From Elainellaceae cyanobacterium (GTDB lineage Bacteria; Cyanobacteriota; Cyanobacteriia; CAZCXK01): DNA of 58,371 nt. The notes under the pieces are model-generated. The model searched no databases and was not told the origin of the DNA. It saw nothing but the letters and a program-made list of their open reading frames with translations. The stretch is taken from contig JBNPEG010000066.1 of the NCBI GenBank assembly GCA_051117555.1, positions 1 to 58,371 of the forward strand. Reading direction: 5' to 3'. Numbering within the stretch: position 1 is the first letter of the stretch; each line of letters begins with the position of its first letter. This document shows, in pieces, positions 31,022 to 41,197 of the stretch. The position numbers were made by a program, and so were the translations under genes.

Positions 31022-33115
31022 ATGACAACCAATTCGCCAACTGATGACGAATACCGTCATATCTTCGAGCGCGCCATTATCGGGATTTTTCAAACGAATC
31101 TTGAAGGACGTTATCTGAACGTAAACCCTGCGCTGGCTCGCCTATATGGCTATGAATCATGCGAAGACCTTATATCGTGTGTTGCTGATGTTAGTTGTCA
31201 CTATGTCAATCCCGATCGCCATTTAGAGTTTGAACACCTGATCCAACAGCGCGGCAATGTTTCCCAGTTTGAATCTCAGGTTTATTGCAAAGACGGCACC
31301 ATCATTTGGATTTCCGAAAGTGTGAGCCTCGTACACGATATCGATCAAAATCCGTCACATTATGAGGGCTTTGTTCAAGATATTACTAACAAAAAAGAAG
31401 CCGAAGCCGCCCTTCGTGAGAGCGAAGAACGTTATGCATTGGCGATTCAAGGGGCTAAAGACGCTTTGTGGGATTGGAATCTGCGCACAGACGTTGTGTA
31501 TTTTTCCCATCGTTGGAAAGCGATGTTGGGATATGAGAAAGGTAGTATCGGCACAACTTTAGATGAGTGGTATAACCGTGTTCATCCGGATGACTTGACT
31601 TCCTTCAAACAAGAGCTTGATAGTCATCTGAACGGATCGACTCCCCATTTCGAAAGCGAACACCGCATCTGTCATCGCAATGGAACCTATCTTTGGGTTC
31701 TCACTCGTGGAGTTGCGCTGAGAAATGCAGACGGCCAAGCCTACCGGATTGCAGGCTCTTTAACGGATATCACGGCTCGCAAGCACGCTGAAGAACGACT
31801 TTTACACGACGCATTTCATGATGTTCTCACAGGGTTAGCAAATCGAGCCTTGTTTATGGATCGCTTAGATCACACCATTCAGCTCTCAAAGCGATTTAAG
31901 AGCCCTTCTTTTGCAGTATTGTTTTTAGACCTTGACCGGTTTAAGGTGATCAACGACAGCCTGGGGCATTTCATTGGCGACCAGCTTTTGATGGCAGTAT
32001 CAGCACGTCTCAAATCCTGTGTTCGATCAGGAGACACCATTGCTCGCTTGGGTGGTGATGAGTTTGTGATTCTTCTGAGTGATATTCAAGCAGGCATCAG
32101 TGCAATTGATATCGCCGAACGAATTCAGCAGCAGTTCAAAGTGCCATATAACCTAAGCGGGCATGAAATCTTTGCGACTGCTAGCATCGGCATTATTCTT
32201 GGCACGCCGGACTACAACAATCCTGACGAACTGTTGCGGGATGCCGATACGGCAATGTATCGAGCAAAAGCAGGCGGACGCGGACGATATGAAGTATTTG
32301 ATGCGACTATGCATACGCAAGCCGTTGAATTGCTGAAGCTAGAGAACGACATGCGTCGTGCATTAGATCAGCGCGAATTCAGACTGCACTATCAGCCGAT
32401 TGTCTCCATTAGAAATAGTTGTATTACTGGCTTCGAAGCGCTGTTGAGGTGGTATCACCCGGAACGAGGAGTTGTCTCTCCAACCGATTTTATTCCAGTT
32501 GCGGAGGAAACCGGACTCATTATTCCGTTGGGGTGGTGGGTACTGCGGGAATCGTGCCAACAAATGAGGATCTGGCAGAACCAATTTCCAACCCATCCGC
32601 TGCTTTCGATTAGCGTAAATTTATCTGCGAAGCAATTCTCGCAGCCCAATTTAGTCAATCAGATTCGCCAAATTCTAGAGGAAACCGGTCTCAGTGCAAC
32701 TAGCCTCAAGTTGGAAATCACTGAAAGTACCATTATGGAAAATGTGGATTCTGCCAAATGTATGCTTCACCAATTGCAAGCATTAGGAATTAGCCTGTCG
32801 ATTGACGATTTTGGCACGGGATATTCGTCGTTGGGGCATTTATATCGATTTCCGATTGATACATTGAAAATCGATCGATCGTTTGTTGACGGGGTTGATA
32901 GTGACGCCGAGAAGATGGAAATTATTCAAACGGTAGTTACGCTTGCCTGGAACTTGGGAATGGATGTTGTGGCAGAAGGTGTTGAAACCGCTAAACAACT
33001 CGCTCAACTCAAAGCACTGCAATGTGAGAGTGGTCAAGGATATCTCTTTTCCAAACCGTTGACTATTGAGGCGGCAACTGACTTTTTAGCAGAAAGGTTA
33101 TCGTTGTTGACATAG
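31022..33115 (+). CDS. PAS-PAS-GGDEF-EAL diguanylate cyclase/phosphodiesterase
   Basis: Two PAS/PAC domains; RSGD I-site; ARLGGDEF; GFEALLRW; IDDFGTGYSS. Probable start is ATG 31022. Confidence 0.93.
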   Translation: MTTNSPTDDEYRHIFERAIIGIFQTNLEGRYLNVNPALARLYGYESCEDLISCVADVSCHYVNPDRHLEFEHLIQQRGNVSQFESQVYCKDGTIIWISESVSLVHDIDQNPSHYEGFVQDITNKKEAEAALRESEERYALAIQGAKDALWDWNLRTDVVYFSHRWKAMLGYEKGSIGTTLDEWYNRVHPDDLTSFKQELDSHLNGSTPHFESEHRICHRNGTYLWVLTRGVALRNADGQAYRIAGSLTDITARKHAEERLLHDAFHDVLTGLANRALFMDRLDHTIQLSKRFKSPSFAVLFLDLDRFKVINDSLGHFIGDQLLMAVSARLKSCVRSGDTIARLGGDEFVILLSDIQAGISAIDIAERIQQQFKVPYNLSGHEIFATASIGIILGTPDYNNPDELLRDADTAMYRAKAGGRGRYEVFDATMHTQAVELLKLENDMRRALDQREFRLHYQPIVSIRNSCITGFEALLRWYHPERGVVSPTDFIPVAEETGLIIPLGWWVLRESCQQMRIWQNQFPTHPLLSISVNLSAKQFSQPNLVNQIRQILEETGLSATSLKLEITESTIMENVDSAKCMLHQLQALGISLSIDDFGTGYSSLGHLYRFPIDTLKIDRSFVDGVDSDAEKMEIIQTVVTLAWNLGMDVVAEGVETAKQLAQLKALQCESGQGYLFSKPLTIEAATDFLAERLSLLT

Positions 33116-33153
33116 CACACTTGATACGTCGTCGAATCATACACCCTAATCTG

Positions 33154-33786
33154 ATGCGAGTCTCGTTATCTGATCTAGTCACCGGAGCCACCTCCGGAGA
33201 ACACGTAATTAGTTTCCCAACGGATACCGTTCCTGCTCTGGCGGTGCGTCCCGATCGCTCAAACCTGATTTTTGAAGCCAAGCAGCGTAGCCTAACCAAG
33301 CCTTTGATCCTGATGGGAGCCTGTGCTGCTGATTTATGGGCATATGTGCAGGGAAGCTCAGCAGAACAGCACATTTGGAATCAAGTTGCAGACCGCTATT
33401 GGCCCGGTGCACTAACATTGGTGCTTCCAGCGAGCGATCGCCTGCCTAAAGCAATTAATCCGACTGATTCAACAACCATTGGAGTGCGAGTCCCCGACTG
33501 CGCGATCGCCTGCCACGTTTTGGCACAAACAGGGCCACTTGCAACGACAAGCGCAAACCGATCGGGGCAACCCCCTTTAATAGACTTCGATAAAATTAAC
33601 GAACAGTTTCCAGAGGTGCTGATGCTCACCGATGATGAGCTTGCAAGACTGTCAGCATCACTTGGGCAAGAGAGTCGAGACGAGTCGTTACAGCAGCCTA
33701 ATTCAGGGGTTCCATCAACAGTCGCGAAATGGATGGGCGATCGCTGGCAGATTTTGCGTCAGGGGCAGATACACCTGTCTGACTGA
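33154..33786 (+). CDS. tsaC: L-threonylcarbamoyladenylate synthase (YrdC/TsaC family)
   Basis: FPTDTV; KQRSLTKPL; YWPGALTLVL; TTSANRSG. Confidence 0.85.
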   Translation: MRVSLSDLVTGATSGEHVISFPTDTVPALAVRPDRSNLIFEAKQRSLTKPLILMGACAADLWAYVQGSSAEQHIWNQVADRYWPGALTLVLPASDRLPKAINPTDSTTIGVRVPDCAIACHVLAQTGPLATTSANRSGQPPLIDFDKINEQFPEVLMLTDDELARLSASLGQESRDESLQQPNSGVPSTVAKWMGDRWQILRQGQIHLSD

Positions 33787-33804
33787 TAGAGGTCAAACCG
33801 ACAA

Positions 33805-35067
33805 CTAGCCAAAGATACTGCCAAAGAAATCGATCGCTTCTTTCAAGGATTTGATAAATTCATCAATTTCGTCGCGGGTGTTGTAGAAATACAGGCTAGC
33901 TCTTGCTGTAGATTGGGCTCCAAGATAGCGATGAAGAGGCTGAGTACAGTGATGCCCTGCCCGAATTGCAATCCCTGCCTGATCTAAGATTGTCGAGAGG
34001 TCGTGGGGATGAACTGATCCTGTGGTAAATGATGCTAGCGATGCTCGACCTCCTCCTGTGGCAGTTGGCTTCGGGCCATACGTGCGGACTTCGGGGATCG
34101 TTGCAAGCTGCTGGAAGAGGTAAGCCGTTAACTCATTCTCATAGGCATAGATCGTGTCCATGCCGATGCCAGAAAGATAGTCAACAGCGGCTCCCAGAGC
34201 GATCGCTTCTGCAATGGCAGGAGTACCCGCTTCAAATCGGTGAGGCACATCTGCATAGGTAGCGTGATCTAAGAAGACATCGGCGATCATTTCACCCCCG
34301 CCTAGAAACGGCGGCATGGCGCGCAATAAATCGCGCTTGCCATATAGAAAACCAATGCCGGTGGGGGCGCACATCTTGTGCCCTGACGCAACGAGCCAGT
34401 CACAGTTGAGTGCTTGCACATCGATGGGCATATGAGGCACGCTTTGACAAGCGTCAACTAAAACTTTTGCGCCATGGCCATGGGCGATCGCAGCAATCTC
34501 AGACACAGGATTCACACAGCCCAGAGTATTAGAGACATGTGCCACCGCGACTAATTTAGTTCGATCAGAGACTAAGCTCTTGAACTGATCTAAATCAAAC
34601 TCTTCTGTCTCCGTCAATTCAACAAATTTCAGAGCCGCGCCCGTTTTTTGGGAAATCATCTGCCACGGAATCAAATTGCTGTGATGCTCCATGACCGAGA
34701 GAATGATTTCATCGCCCTGTTTGAGATGATTCAAGCCCCACGCATACGCAACTAGATTGATGGCTTCACTCGCATTTCGAGTGTAGACAATTTCTTCGCG
34801 AAATTCTGCATTGATAAACTGCGCAATTTTGTCGCGTGCACCCTCGTAGCCATCAGTTGCACGCGAACTTAGGGTATGGACACCCCGATGCACATTGGCA
34901 TTGTCGTGATTGTAGTAGTGCTGCAATGTATCCAAGACTGCCTGGGGCTTCTGGGATGTTGCAGCACTATCAAAATAAATTAACGGCTTGCCATTAATGT
35001 CTTGCGCGAGAATCGGAAAGTCGGCACGGACTTTAGCAGCAAGTGATCTTTCTTGAGCAACAGTCAT
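33805..35067 (-). CDS. sufS: Cysteine desulfurase SufS
   Basis: [14 protein letters not shown] (PLP lysine); IRAGHHC. Confidence 0.97.
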   Translation of the reverse strand: MTVAQERSLAAKVRADFPILAQDINGKPLIYFDSAATSQKPQAVLDTLQHYYNHDNANVHRGVHTLSSRATDGYEGARDKIAQFINAEFREEIVYTRNASEAINLVAYAWGLNHLKQGDEIILSVMEHHSNLIPWQMISQKTGAALKFVELTETEEFDLDQFKSLVSDRTKLVAVAHVSNTLGCVNPVSEIAAIAHGHGAKVLVDACQSVPHMPIDVQALNCDWLVASGHKMCAPTGIGFLYGKRDLLRAMPPFLGGGEMIADVFLDHATYADVPHRFEAGTPAIAEAIALGAAVDYLSGIGMDTIYAYENELTAYLFQQLATIPEVRTYGPKPTATGGGRASLASFTTGSVHPHDLSTILDQAGIAIRAGHHCTQPLHRYLGAQSTARASLYFYNTRDEIDEFIKSLKEAIDFFGSIFG

Positions 35068-35100
35068 AGGTAAAGCAGGTAAGGGTAGAAAGTGGGATGT

Positions 35101-36483
35101 CTACGAATTTGATGAGCGACCATACTGAGCAACGTGTTTTAACAGCGTTTCCTTTAGCGAATTGACTGGGAGTTGCTCAAGAATTTCAGCTGCAAACGCA
35201 TAAATTAAAAGATTTTGAGCGCTCGCTGCGTCAATTCCCCGGCTTTGGAGATAAAAAACTTCGTCTGCATCGAGCTGGCTAACGGTTGCCCCGTGAGTAC
35301 ATTTGACATTATCGGCGACGATTTCGAGTTGGGGCTTGGTGTCAACGCGCCCCTTGGACGAAAGCAGCAAATTCCGGTTGAGTTGGGCTGCGTCAGTTAA
35401 TTGAGCAGCTTGAGGAACATTCACTTTTCCGTTAAAGACGGCATGGGCTCGGTCATCGACAATGCACTTATGGAGTTGATTGCTTGTTCCATGCGGTGCG
35501 GCATATGAAATCAAGCTGTGGGTATCGGCAAGCTGCTCTCCAGCGATTAAAGTCAGCCCGTTTAGCGTCGTTTCTGTTTGCTCACCCGTCTGGAATACGT
35601 TTAAATTATGTCGCGACGTACGGGCGCCTAAGTTGATTGCATGGGCTGTGTATCGAGCGTTTCGGGATTGGGCGATCGCCGTCTTGCCAATGTGGAATGC
35701 AGCTTCATTCTCACGCTGGATACGGCAATGGTTAACTTGAGCATTTTCTTCAACCCAGATCTCTGTAACCGCATCAGTCAAACAGATTCCTTCTTTGATC
35801 GTGACATAGTCTTCGATAAATGTGACCGCACTGTTGGGTTCGGCAATCACGACGCACCGAGGAAATGACGCAACCGGAGACTCATCGGATGTGGAAACAA
35901 ACAAAACATGAATCGGAACATCAGCAATCTGATTTTGAGCGAGCCAAATAATTGCTGAGTCACTAAAGCTTGCCGTATTCAGGGCTGTGAACGTCTCATC
36001 TAGACCATTTTGTGTACCTAGATAGCTGCTAATACGAGGATGCAACGATGTAGCAAGCTGAGAATCTGTCAGGTTGCCAACCAACATTCCGTTCGGCAAG
36101 TTGGCGAGAGATGACAAATGAGGCGCGTACACTCCATTTACGAATACAAGCCGACTCTCTTGCGCTTCTGGCAAGATGAATGGACGAATATGGCTAGGAG
36201 TAATATCCGTATCCGATATGTCTGGGGCAGAGACAAAACGAGTCTTAAGAAGATTGGATAAATCGGTGAATCGCCATTCTTCGTCCCGCGCTGTGGGAAT
36301 CGAGAGCGATCGCACGCGATCAGCAGACTGACTCCGAATTTCTTGAAGCCAGGCGATCGCATCTGCACTCAATGCAATCTGATCAATGTCCGGGCGTAAA
36401 TTTAATAAATCAGACAAATATGTCTGACGATCAATCTTCGCCGACATTGGCTTATTTAAACTCGGTGTTGCTTGAGTACCCAT
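35101..36483 (-). CDS. sufD: Fe-S cluster assembly protein SufD
   Basis: EEWRFTDL; KPQLEIVADNVKCTHGAT; FYLQSRGI. The start overlaps the sufC stop (TGATG). Confidence 0.95.
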   Translation of the reverse strand: MGTQATPSLNKPMSAKIDRQTYLSDLLNLRPDIDQIALSADAIAWLQEIRSQSADRVRSLSIPTARDEEWRFTDLSNLLKTRFVSAPDISDTDITPSHIRPFILPEAQESRLVFVNGVYAPHLSSLANLPNGMLVGNLTDSQLATSLHPRISSYLGTQNGLDETFTALNTASFSDSAIIWLAQNQIADVPIHVLFVSTSDESPVASFPRCVVIAEPNSAVTFIEDYVTIKEGICLTDAVTEIWVEENAQVNHCRIQRENEAAFHIGKTAIAQSRNARYTAHAINLGARTSRHNLNVFQTGEQTETTLNGLTLIAGEQLADTHSLISYAAPHGTSNQLHKCIVDDRAHAVFNGKVNVPQAAQLTDAAQLNRNLLLSSKGRVDTKPQLEIVADNVKCTHGATVSQLDADEVFYLQSRGIDAASAQNLLIYAFAAEILEQLPVNSLKETLLKHVAQYGRSSNS

Positions 36484-37271
36484 CACACCTCCGCACCCGC
36501 AGCAGCATCTTGCAGAACCCAATCATATCCACGTTCTTCGAGTTCGAGAGCCAGCTCCTTCGAGCCCGTCTTCACAATACGTCCTTGATCCATAACGTGC
36601 ACAAAGTCAGGCTGAATATAGTTGAGAAGACGTTGATAGTGGGTAATCAAAATAGTGGAATTATCTGGATTTGTGAGCTGATTGACCCCATTTGCGACAA
36701 TTTTCAGTGCATCAATGTCTAAGCCAGAATCAGTCTCGTCTAAAATGGCTAGCTTGGGTTCCAAAAGCGCCATTTGTAAAATTTCGTTGCGCTTTTTTTC
36801 ACCGCCAGAGAACCCTTCATTGACACTTCGATTTAAGAAGCTAGCGTTCATTTTGACCACATCCAGCTTTTCTTGAACCAGTTCATCAAAATCGAATGCG
36901 TCAAGTTCCTCTAGCCCTTGATGCTTGCGCCGTGCGTTGTATGCGACGCGCAAAAAATCTAAATTGCTGACTCCAGGAATCTCCAAAGGATACTGGAAGG
37001 CTAAGAAAATACCGCCTCTCGCCCGCTCTTCAGCTTCGAGATCAAGCAGATTCTGCCCCTCAAAGACAATCTCTCCACCCGTCACTTTGTAGTCTGGGTG
37101 GCCTGCGATGACCTTTGAAAAGGTACTCTTGCCAGAGCCATTGGGGCCCATAATCGCATGGATTTCACCTGCTTTGACCTCTAAATTCAGACCTTTTAAG
37201 ATCGATGCTCCATCGACGCTTGCAGTCAATCCTTGAATTGATAGAACGGTCTTACTGCCCTCGTTAATCAT
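36483..37271 (-). CDS. sufC: Fe-S cluster assembly ATPase SufC
   Basis: [28 protein letters not shown]. Confidence 0.97.
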   Translation of the reverse strand: MINEGSKTVLSIQGLTASVDGASILKGLNLEVKAGEIHAIMGPNGSGKSTFSKVIAGHPDYKVTGGEIVFEGQNLLDLEAEERARGGIFLAFQYPLEIPGVSNLDFLRVAYNARRKHQGLEELDAFDFDELVQEKLDVVKMNASFLNRSVNEGFSGGEKKRNEILQMALLEPKLAILDETDSGLDIDALKIVANGVNQLTNPDNSTILITHYQRLLNYIQPDFVHVMDQGRIVKTGSKELALELEERGYDWVLQDAAAGAEV

Positions 37272-37368
37272 GTACGCCCCTTAATCTCCACCTCAAACAT
37301 CAACAGCCGGTTAATTGTCACATTAGTTCGCATTTGCCACAAAAGGCGTTTATACAGGTCGACTATAG

Positions 37369-38811
37369 TTAGCCGACGGTTCCTTCAAGTTTGAGCGCTA
37401 AGAGGCGATCGGCTTCAACCGCAAACTCCATGGGCAGCTTGTTGAAGACATCTTTACAAAAACCGCTAATGATCATGGAAACTGCGTCTTCCAAGGAGAT
37501 GCCACGCTGCATAAAGTAAAAGAGTTGATCTTCTCCAATCTTCGACGTAGAGGCTTCGTGTTCCACTTTCGCGGTGTTGTTTTGCACCTGAATATACGGG
37601 AAGGTATTGGCTTCAGCCGTATCCCCGACTAGCATAGAGTCACACTGGGAATAATTTCGGGCTCTTGCAGCTTTAGGTCCCATTTTTACAAGACCTCTGT
37701 AGCTGTTTTTGGATTTTCCGGCTGAGATTCCCTTCGAAACAATGGTGCTCCGGGTATTCCGGCCAATGTGAACCATCTTAGTTCCGGTATCCGCTTGCTG
37801 ATAGTTATTGGTTAGCGCAACAGAGTAAAACTCACCCACTGAATTATCGCCAACTAATACACAGCTCGGATATTTCCAGGTAATAGCAGAGCCGGTTTCG
37901 ACCTGCGTCCAGGAAATTTTAGAATTCACGCCCTGGCAAAGACCGCGCTTTGTCACAAAGTTGTAGATTCCACCTTTGCCTGATTCGTCACCTGCAAACC
38001 AATTTTGCACGGTTGAATAGCGAATTTCCGCGTTATCAAGAGCAACCAACTCGACAACAGCCGCGTGAAGCTGATTGGTATCAAACATCGGTGCTGTACA
38101 CCCTTCTAAATAGGTGACAGAGCTACCTTCTTCGGCGACAATCAAAGTCCGCTCAAACTGCCCTGACTCGCCGTTATTAATGCGAAAGTAAGTTGACAAA
38201 TCCATCGGGCATTTGACTCCTTTGGGCACATACACAAAAGAGCCATCGCTGAATACGGCTGAATTGAGAGCCGCAAAATAGTTGTCGCCTGTTGGAACAA
38301 CGCTGCCCAAATATTTCTCGACTAAATCGGGGTGATGATGAACCGCTTCTGAAATTGAGCAGAAAATGACGCCTTCTTCAGCCAACTTTTCTTTAAAGGT
38401 CGTTGCGACAGATACACTGTCAAACACCGCATCGACCGCTACATTGGCCAAACGCTTCTGCTCTGACAATGGAATGCCTAGTTTCTCAAATGTCTCTAGC
38501 AGCGTTGGGTCGACCTCATCCAGACTACCTAGCTTATCTTGCTCCTTTTTCTTAGGCGCAGAATAATAGATGATGTCCTGATAATTAATGGGCGGATATA
38601 CAACATGAGGCCATTTAGGTTCCGCCATCTTGAGCCATTGCCGATAGGCTTTGAGACGGAAGTTAAGCATAAATTCTGGCTCGTTCTTTTTCTCAGAAAT
38701 CAAGCGAACAACATCTTCGCTGAGTCCACGGTCAATCATATCTGACTCGATGTCAGTCACGAAGCCGTATTTGTAGGGTTGATTGACTAAAGATTTAACC
38801 GTTGCAGTCAT
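37369..38811 (-). CDS. sufB: Fe-S cluster assembly protein SufB
   Basis: [35 protein letters not shown]. Probable start is 38811. Confidence 0.97.
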   Translation of the reverse strand: MTATVKSLVNQPYKYGFVTDIESDMIDRGLSEDVVRLISEKKNEPEFMLNFRLKAYRQWLKMAEPKWPHVVYPPINYQDIIYYSAPKKKEQDKLGSLDEVDPTLLETFEKLGIPLSEQKRLANVAVDAVFDSVSVATTFKEKLAEEGVIFCSISEAVHHHPDLVEKYLGSVVPTGDNYFAALNSAVFSDGSFVYVPKGVKCPMDLSTYFRINNGESGQFERTLIVAEEGSSVTYLEGCTAPMFDTNQLHAAVVELVALDNAEIRYSTVQNWFAGDESGKGGIYNFVTKRGLCQGVNSKISWTQVETGSAITWKYPSCVLVGDNSVGEFYSVALTNNYQQADTGTKMVHIGRNTRSTIVSKGISAGKSKNSYRGLVKMGPKAARARNYSQCDSMLVGDTAEANTFPYIQVQNNTAKVEHEASTSKIGEDQLFYFMQRGISLEDAVSMIISGFCKDVFNKLPMEFAVEADRLLALKLEGTVG

Positions 38812-38966
38812 CGGTGGCTCTCTCTCTTCCAAGCGTCGGATTCGGTGTACTTAAATGTGAATTCTGAGATCTGAGAATTGTATTGATCTTAAATAAATTG
38901 ATCAAAATCATTTTCGTAACTCATCTCAGAATTCACACGTAATAGTGCGTAATAGTGCGGAGAAAT

Positions 38967-39335
38967 TTAGTATTGATTTGTGGTTGAGCGAATCTCTTCA
39001 AATGCAATTTCTTGCTTGTCCCCGGCAAAGTCATTGTCGGGCGTTAAGAACAACATGCAATGACATTCTTTCCGCTCTCGCATCGGAACACATGGGCAGT
39101 TCCAGTACGCTGCCGCCGCTTCGGCCTCTTTGTCTTCATAATGACGGCATGGGCAAAGGGGAGCACCCAGATCGTCTTTATGTTTGGCTAATCCTTCAAT
39201 CACGACGGCTGTGACACCCGGGTCAACACAAAAGTATGTCCCTGTGCGCTTTGCATAGGCTTCTGAAAAATGTCTCATCGCTTCGAGACTCTTGTCTGTG
39301 GCTTTTTGTGGTTTTTCTTGAGCTGATATATCCAT
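38967..39335 (-). CDS. ftrC: Ferredoxin-thioredoxin reductase catalytic subunit
   Basis: CPC, CPC and CHC motifs (LCPCRHY; WNCPCVPM; ECHCMLF). Confidence 0.96.
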   Translation of the reverse strand: MDISAQEKPQKATDKSLEAMRHFSEAYAKRTGTYFCVDPGVTAVVIEGLAKHKDDLGAPLCPCRHYEDKEAEAAAAYWNCPCVPMRERKECHCMLFLTPDNDFAGDKQEIAFEEIRSTTNQY

Positions 39336-39377
39336 GAGAAGGGGCGACAGAACAGCAAATAACTTCTATAATTAAAA

Positions 39378-39430
39378 CAACTTTTTTGTTGCTTAACTAC
39401 TTGTAGCCTACTTTAGCAACATTAAAGTTG
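39378..39430. promoter_or_regulatory. Two SufR operator sites (CAAC-N6-GTTG)
   Basis: CAACTTTTTTGTTG (39378-39391) and CAACATTAAAGTTG (39417-39430) lie between divergent ftrC-suf and sufR. Confidence 0.88.
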
Positions 39431-39485
39431 TCAAAGTCAATTTTAGACGTTTAACAGCTTATTGGGTCTAAATAGTTAGCAGACG

Positions 39486-40154
39486 ATGACAACCACGCAA
39501 CAATCCTCCACCAAGCAAGACATCTTGAACCATTTGGTTAAACAGGGCCACGCAAGTGCCCAAGATTTAGCTGACCATTTGGACATCAGCCCGCAGGCGA
39601 TTCGTCGTCATCTCAAAGATTTGGAGTCTGATGGTTTGATTGAGCATCAAGACTCGCACCGTTCGATGGGACGCCCACAGCATGTTTATCACTTAAGCCA
39701 AGAAGGGCGCGATCGCCTTCCCAATCGATCTGATGACTTTGCAATTGACCTGCTTGACACATTGGCTGAAACGGTCGGTCCCGATCAGGTCGGAACAATT
39801 TTGCGAAAACAATGGGAGCGCAAAGCCCTTGATTATCGTGAACAGATTGGCAATGGCTCAATCCAAGAGCGAGTTGCCAATCTAGTGGAGCTTCGCAAAG
39901 CGGAAGGCTATATGGCAGAGTGGGATTTGATCGAACCGAATGAAGTCCATCCCAGTCATGGAGTGGCAGGTGTCCCTCGGTATGTGATTACTGAATATAA
40001 TTGTGCGATTTCCCACATTGCTCAGTCGTTTCCAACGGTGTGTGGGCATGAGTTGGAAATGTTTGAGGAAGCTCTCCAAGATTGTTGGGTGGAACGAACT
40101 CACTGGATTGCGAATGGCGAGCATCGGTGTGGTTATATGATTCAGGGGAAGTAG
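39486..40154 (+). CDS. sufR: Fe-S cluster biosynthesis transcriptional regulator SufR
   Basis: HTH (ISPQAIRRHLKDL; MGRPQHVY); Cys ligands in EYNCAI, VCGHEL and HRCGY. Confidence 0.95.
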   Translation: MTTTQQSSTKQDILNHLVKQGHASAQDLADHLDISPQAIRRHLKDLESDGLIEHQDSHRSMGRPQHVYHLSQEGRDRLPNRSDDFAIDLLDTLAETVGPDQVGTILRKQWERKALDYREQIGNGSIQERVANLVELRKAEGYMAEWDLIEPNEVHPSHGVAGVPRYVITEYNCAISHIAQSFPTVCGHELEMFEEALQDCWVERTHWIANGEHRCGYMIQGK

Positions 40155-40279
40155 GGACGTTTGTAATTTCTTGAGATTCAGATTTAGTTTAAAACTAAAA
40201 TTAAAGGCATGAGAGTCAGATAGGAGCATTGCCCCAAACGGCCTGTGGCATGTCTATGCGAGATAAAGATGCATATGAG

Positions 40280-40320
40280 ATGCGCCGATATAAATGCGCC
40301 GATATAAATGCACCGGTATA
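40280..40320. repeat. 14-bp tandem repeat, about 3 units (ATGCGCCGATATAA)
   Basis: Two perfect copies and one degenerate copy. Confidence 0.85.
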
Positions 40321-40349
40321 GCAAGATTCAAGATAGCAAGGTTGGAATT

Positions 40350-40790
40350 GTGAGTCATCCCCCTCAACCCCAAGAGCCCCAAGCCAATGGATTCTTAACT
40401 GTAGAAGAGTCAGCTAAAGTCGATACAGCGTTGCTGTCGTCGCGGGAAAAGTTTTCGACGAGAGTTGCAATTTATTCGCTGCGCGTCCTGAAGCAGATTG
40501 CTCAGCAAGAGCGTAAGGCGATCGCCCAAATCTCTAGAGAGCAAATTATTGATTGGGTGGAGCACGATAAAAGCGTCTCAACCAACATGGCTCAGGGACT
40601 AAAAACCGACGACTCCTTTAGATCATTTTTTACTCAGCTCGTGCTGTCTTCGCTAAAGCCCCTCAAACAAATTTCCCAGGAGACGGGCATCAGCCTCGAA
40701 GATTTGACGATCGATCAGGTAATCGCCTGGTTTGAAAAGGAAGCTAAGATTCGGGTTGAGCAAGGTCAAGACGCGACGTTTTTGAAATGA
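40350..40790 (+). CDS. Hypothetical protein with two LKQI..E...I..W.E repeats
   Basis: Clean ORF. The upstream ATG 40308 lies in a tandem repeat, so GTG 40350 is the more likely start. Confidence 0.7.
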   Translation: MSHPPQPQEPQANGFLTVEESAKVDTALLSSREKFSTRVAIYSLRVLKQIAQQERKAIAQISREQIIDWVEHDKSVSTNMAQGLKTDDSFRSFFTQLVLSSLKPLKQISQETGISLEDLTIDQVIAWFEKEAKIRVEQGQDATFLK

Positions 40791-40882
40791 TTTCGAAGTG
40801 AGATTTTGAAATAAGGTTGCTCTAATTAAGTTGATCTAATTAATGAGTGATCTACAGTTTGAGCATTTTTTGAGCATTTAAC

Positions 40883-41134
40883 GTGATGAATCAGCCTCAG
40901 TCTCCCTCAACAAGAGTTTGGGATTATAAGCCCTGGTGGTGTCAACCGTGGTCAATTATGCTGACGGGGGTGACGCTAATTATCGGCAGTTGGATTTTGT
41001 TTCGAACGATTTGGATTACTGCAATCATTGCGATGCCGATTTTGGCATGGATGAGCTTCTTTTTGCTGATTTACCCTCGATTGGTTGCTCAATACTTGGC
41101 TGAAACGGCGAATCGTGAGTCTCTGCCTCAATAA
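40883..41134 (+). CDS. Small membrane protein (DUF6737-like)
   Basis: WDYKPWWCQPWSI followed by two TM helices. Confidence 0.75.
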   Translation: MMNQPQSPSTRVWDYKPWWCQPWSIMLTGVTLIIGSWILFRTIWITAIIAMPILAWMSFFLLIYPRLVAQYLAETANRESLPQ

Positions 41135-41197
41135 TCTCTGTCTCAATTCACTACAATCTTCGGCATTATAGATAAGGGGTAATGCTGCATCAAGGTT

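Noticed and set aside
38967..39335. ftrC inside the suf operon as a novelty
   Set aside because: This arrangement is already known in cyanobacteria.
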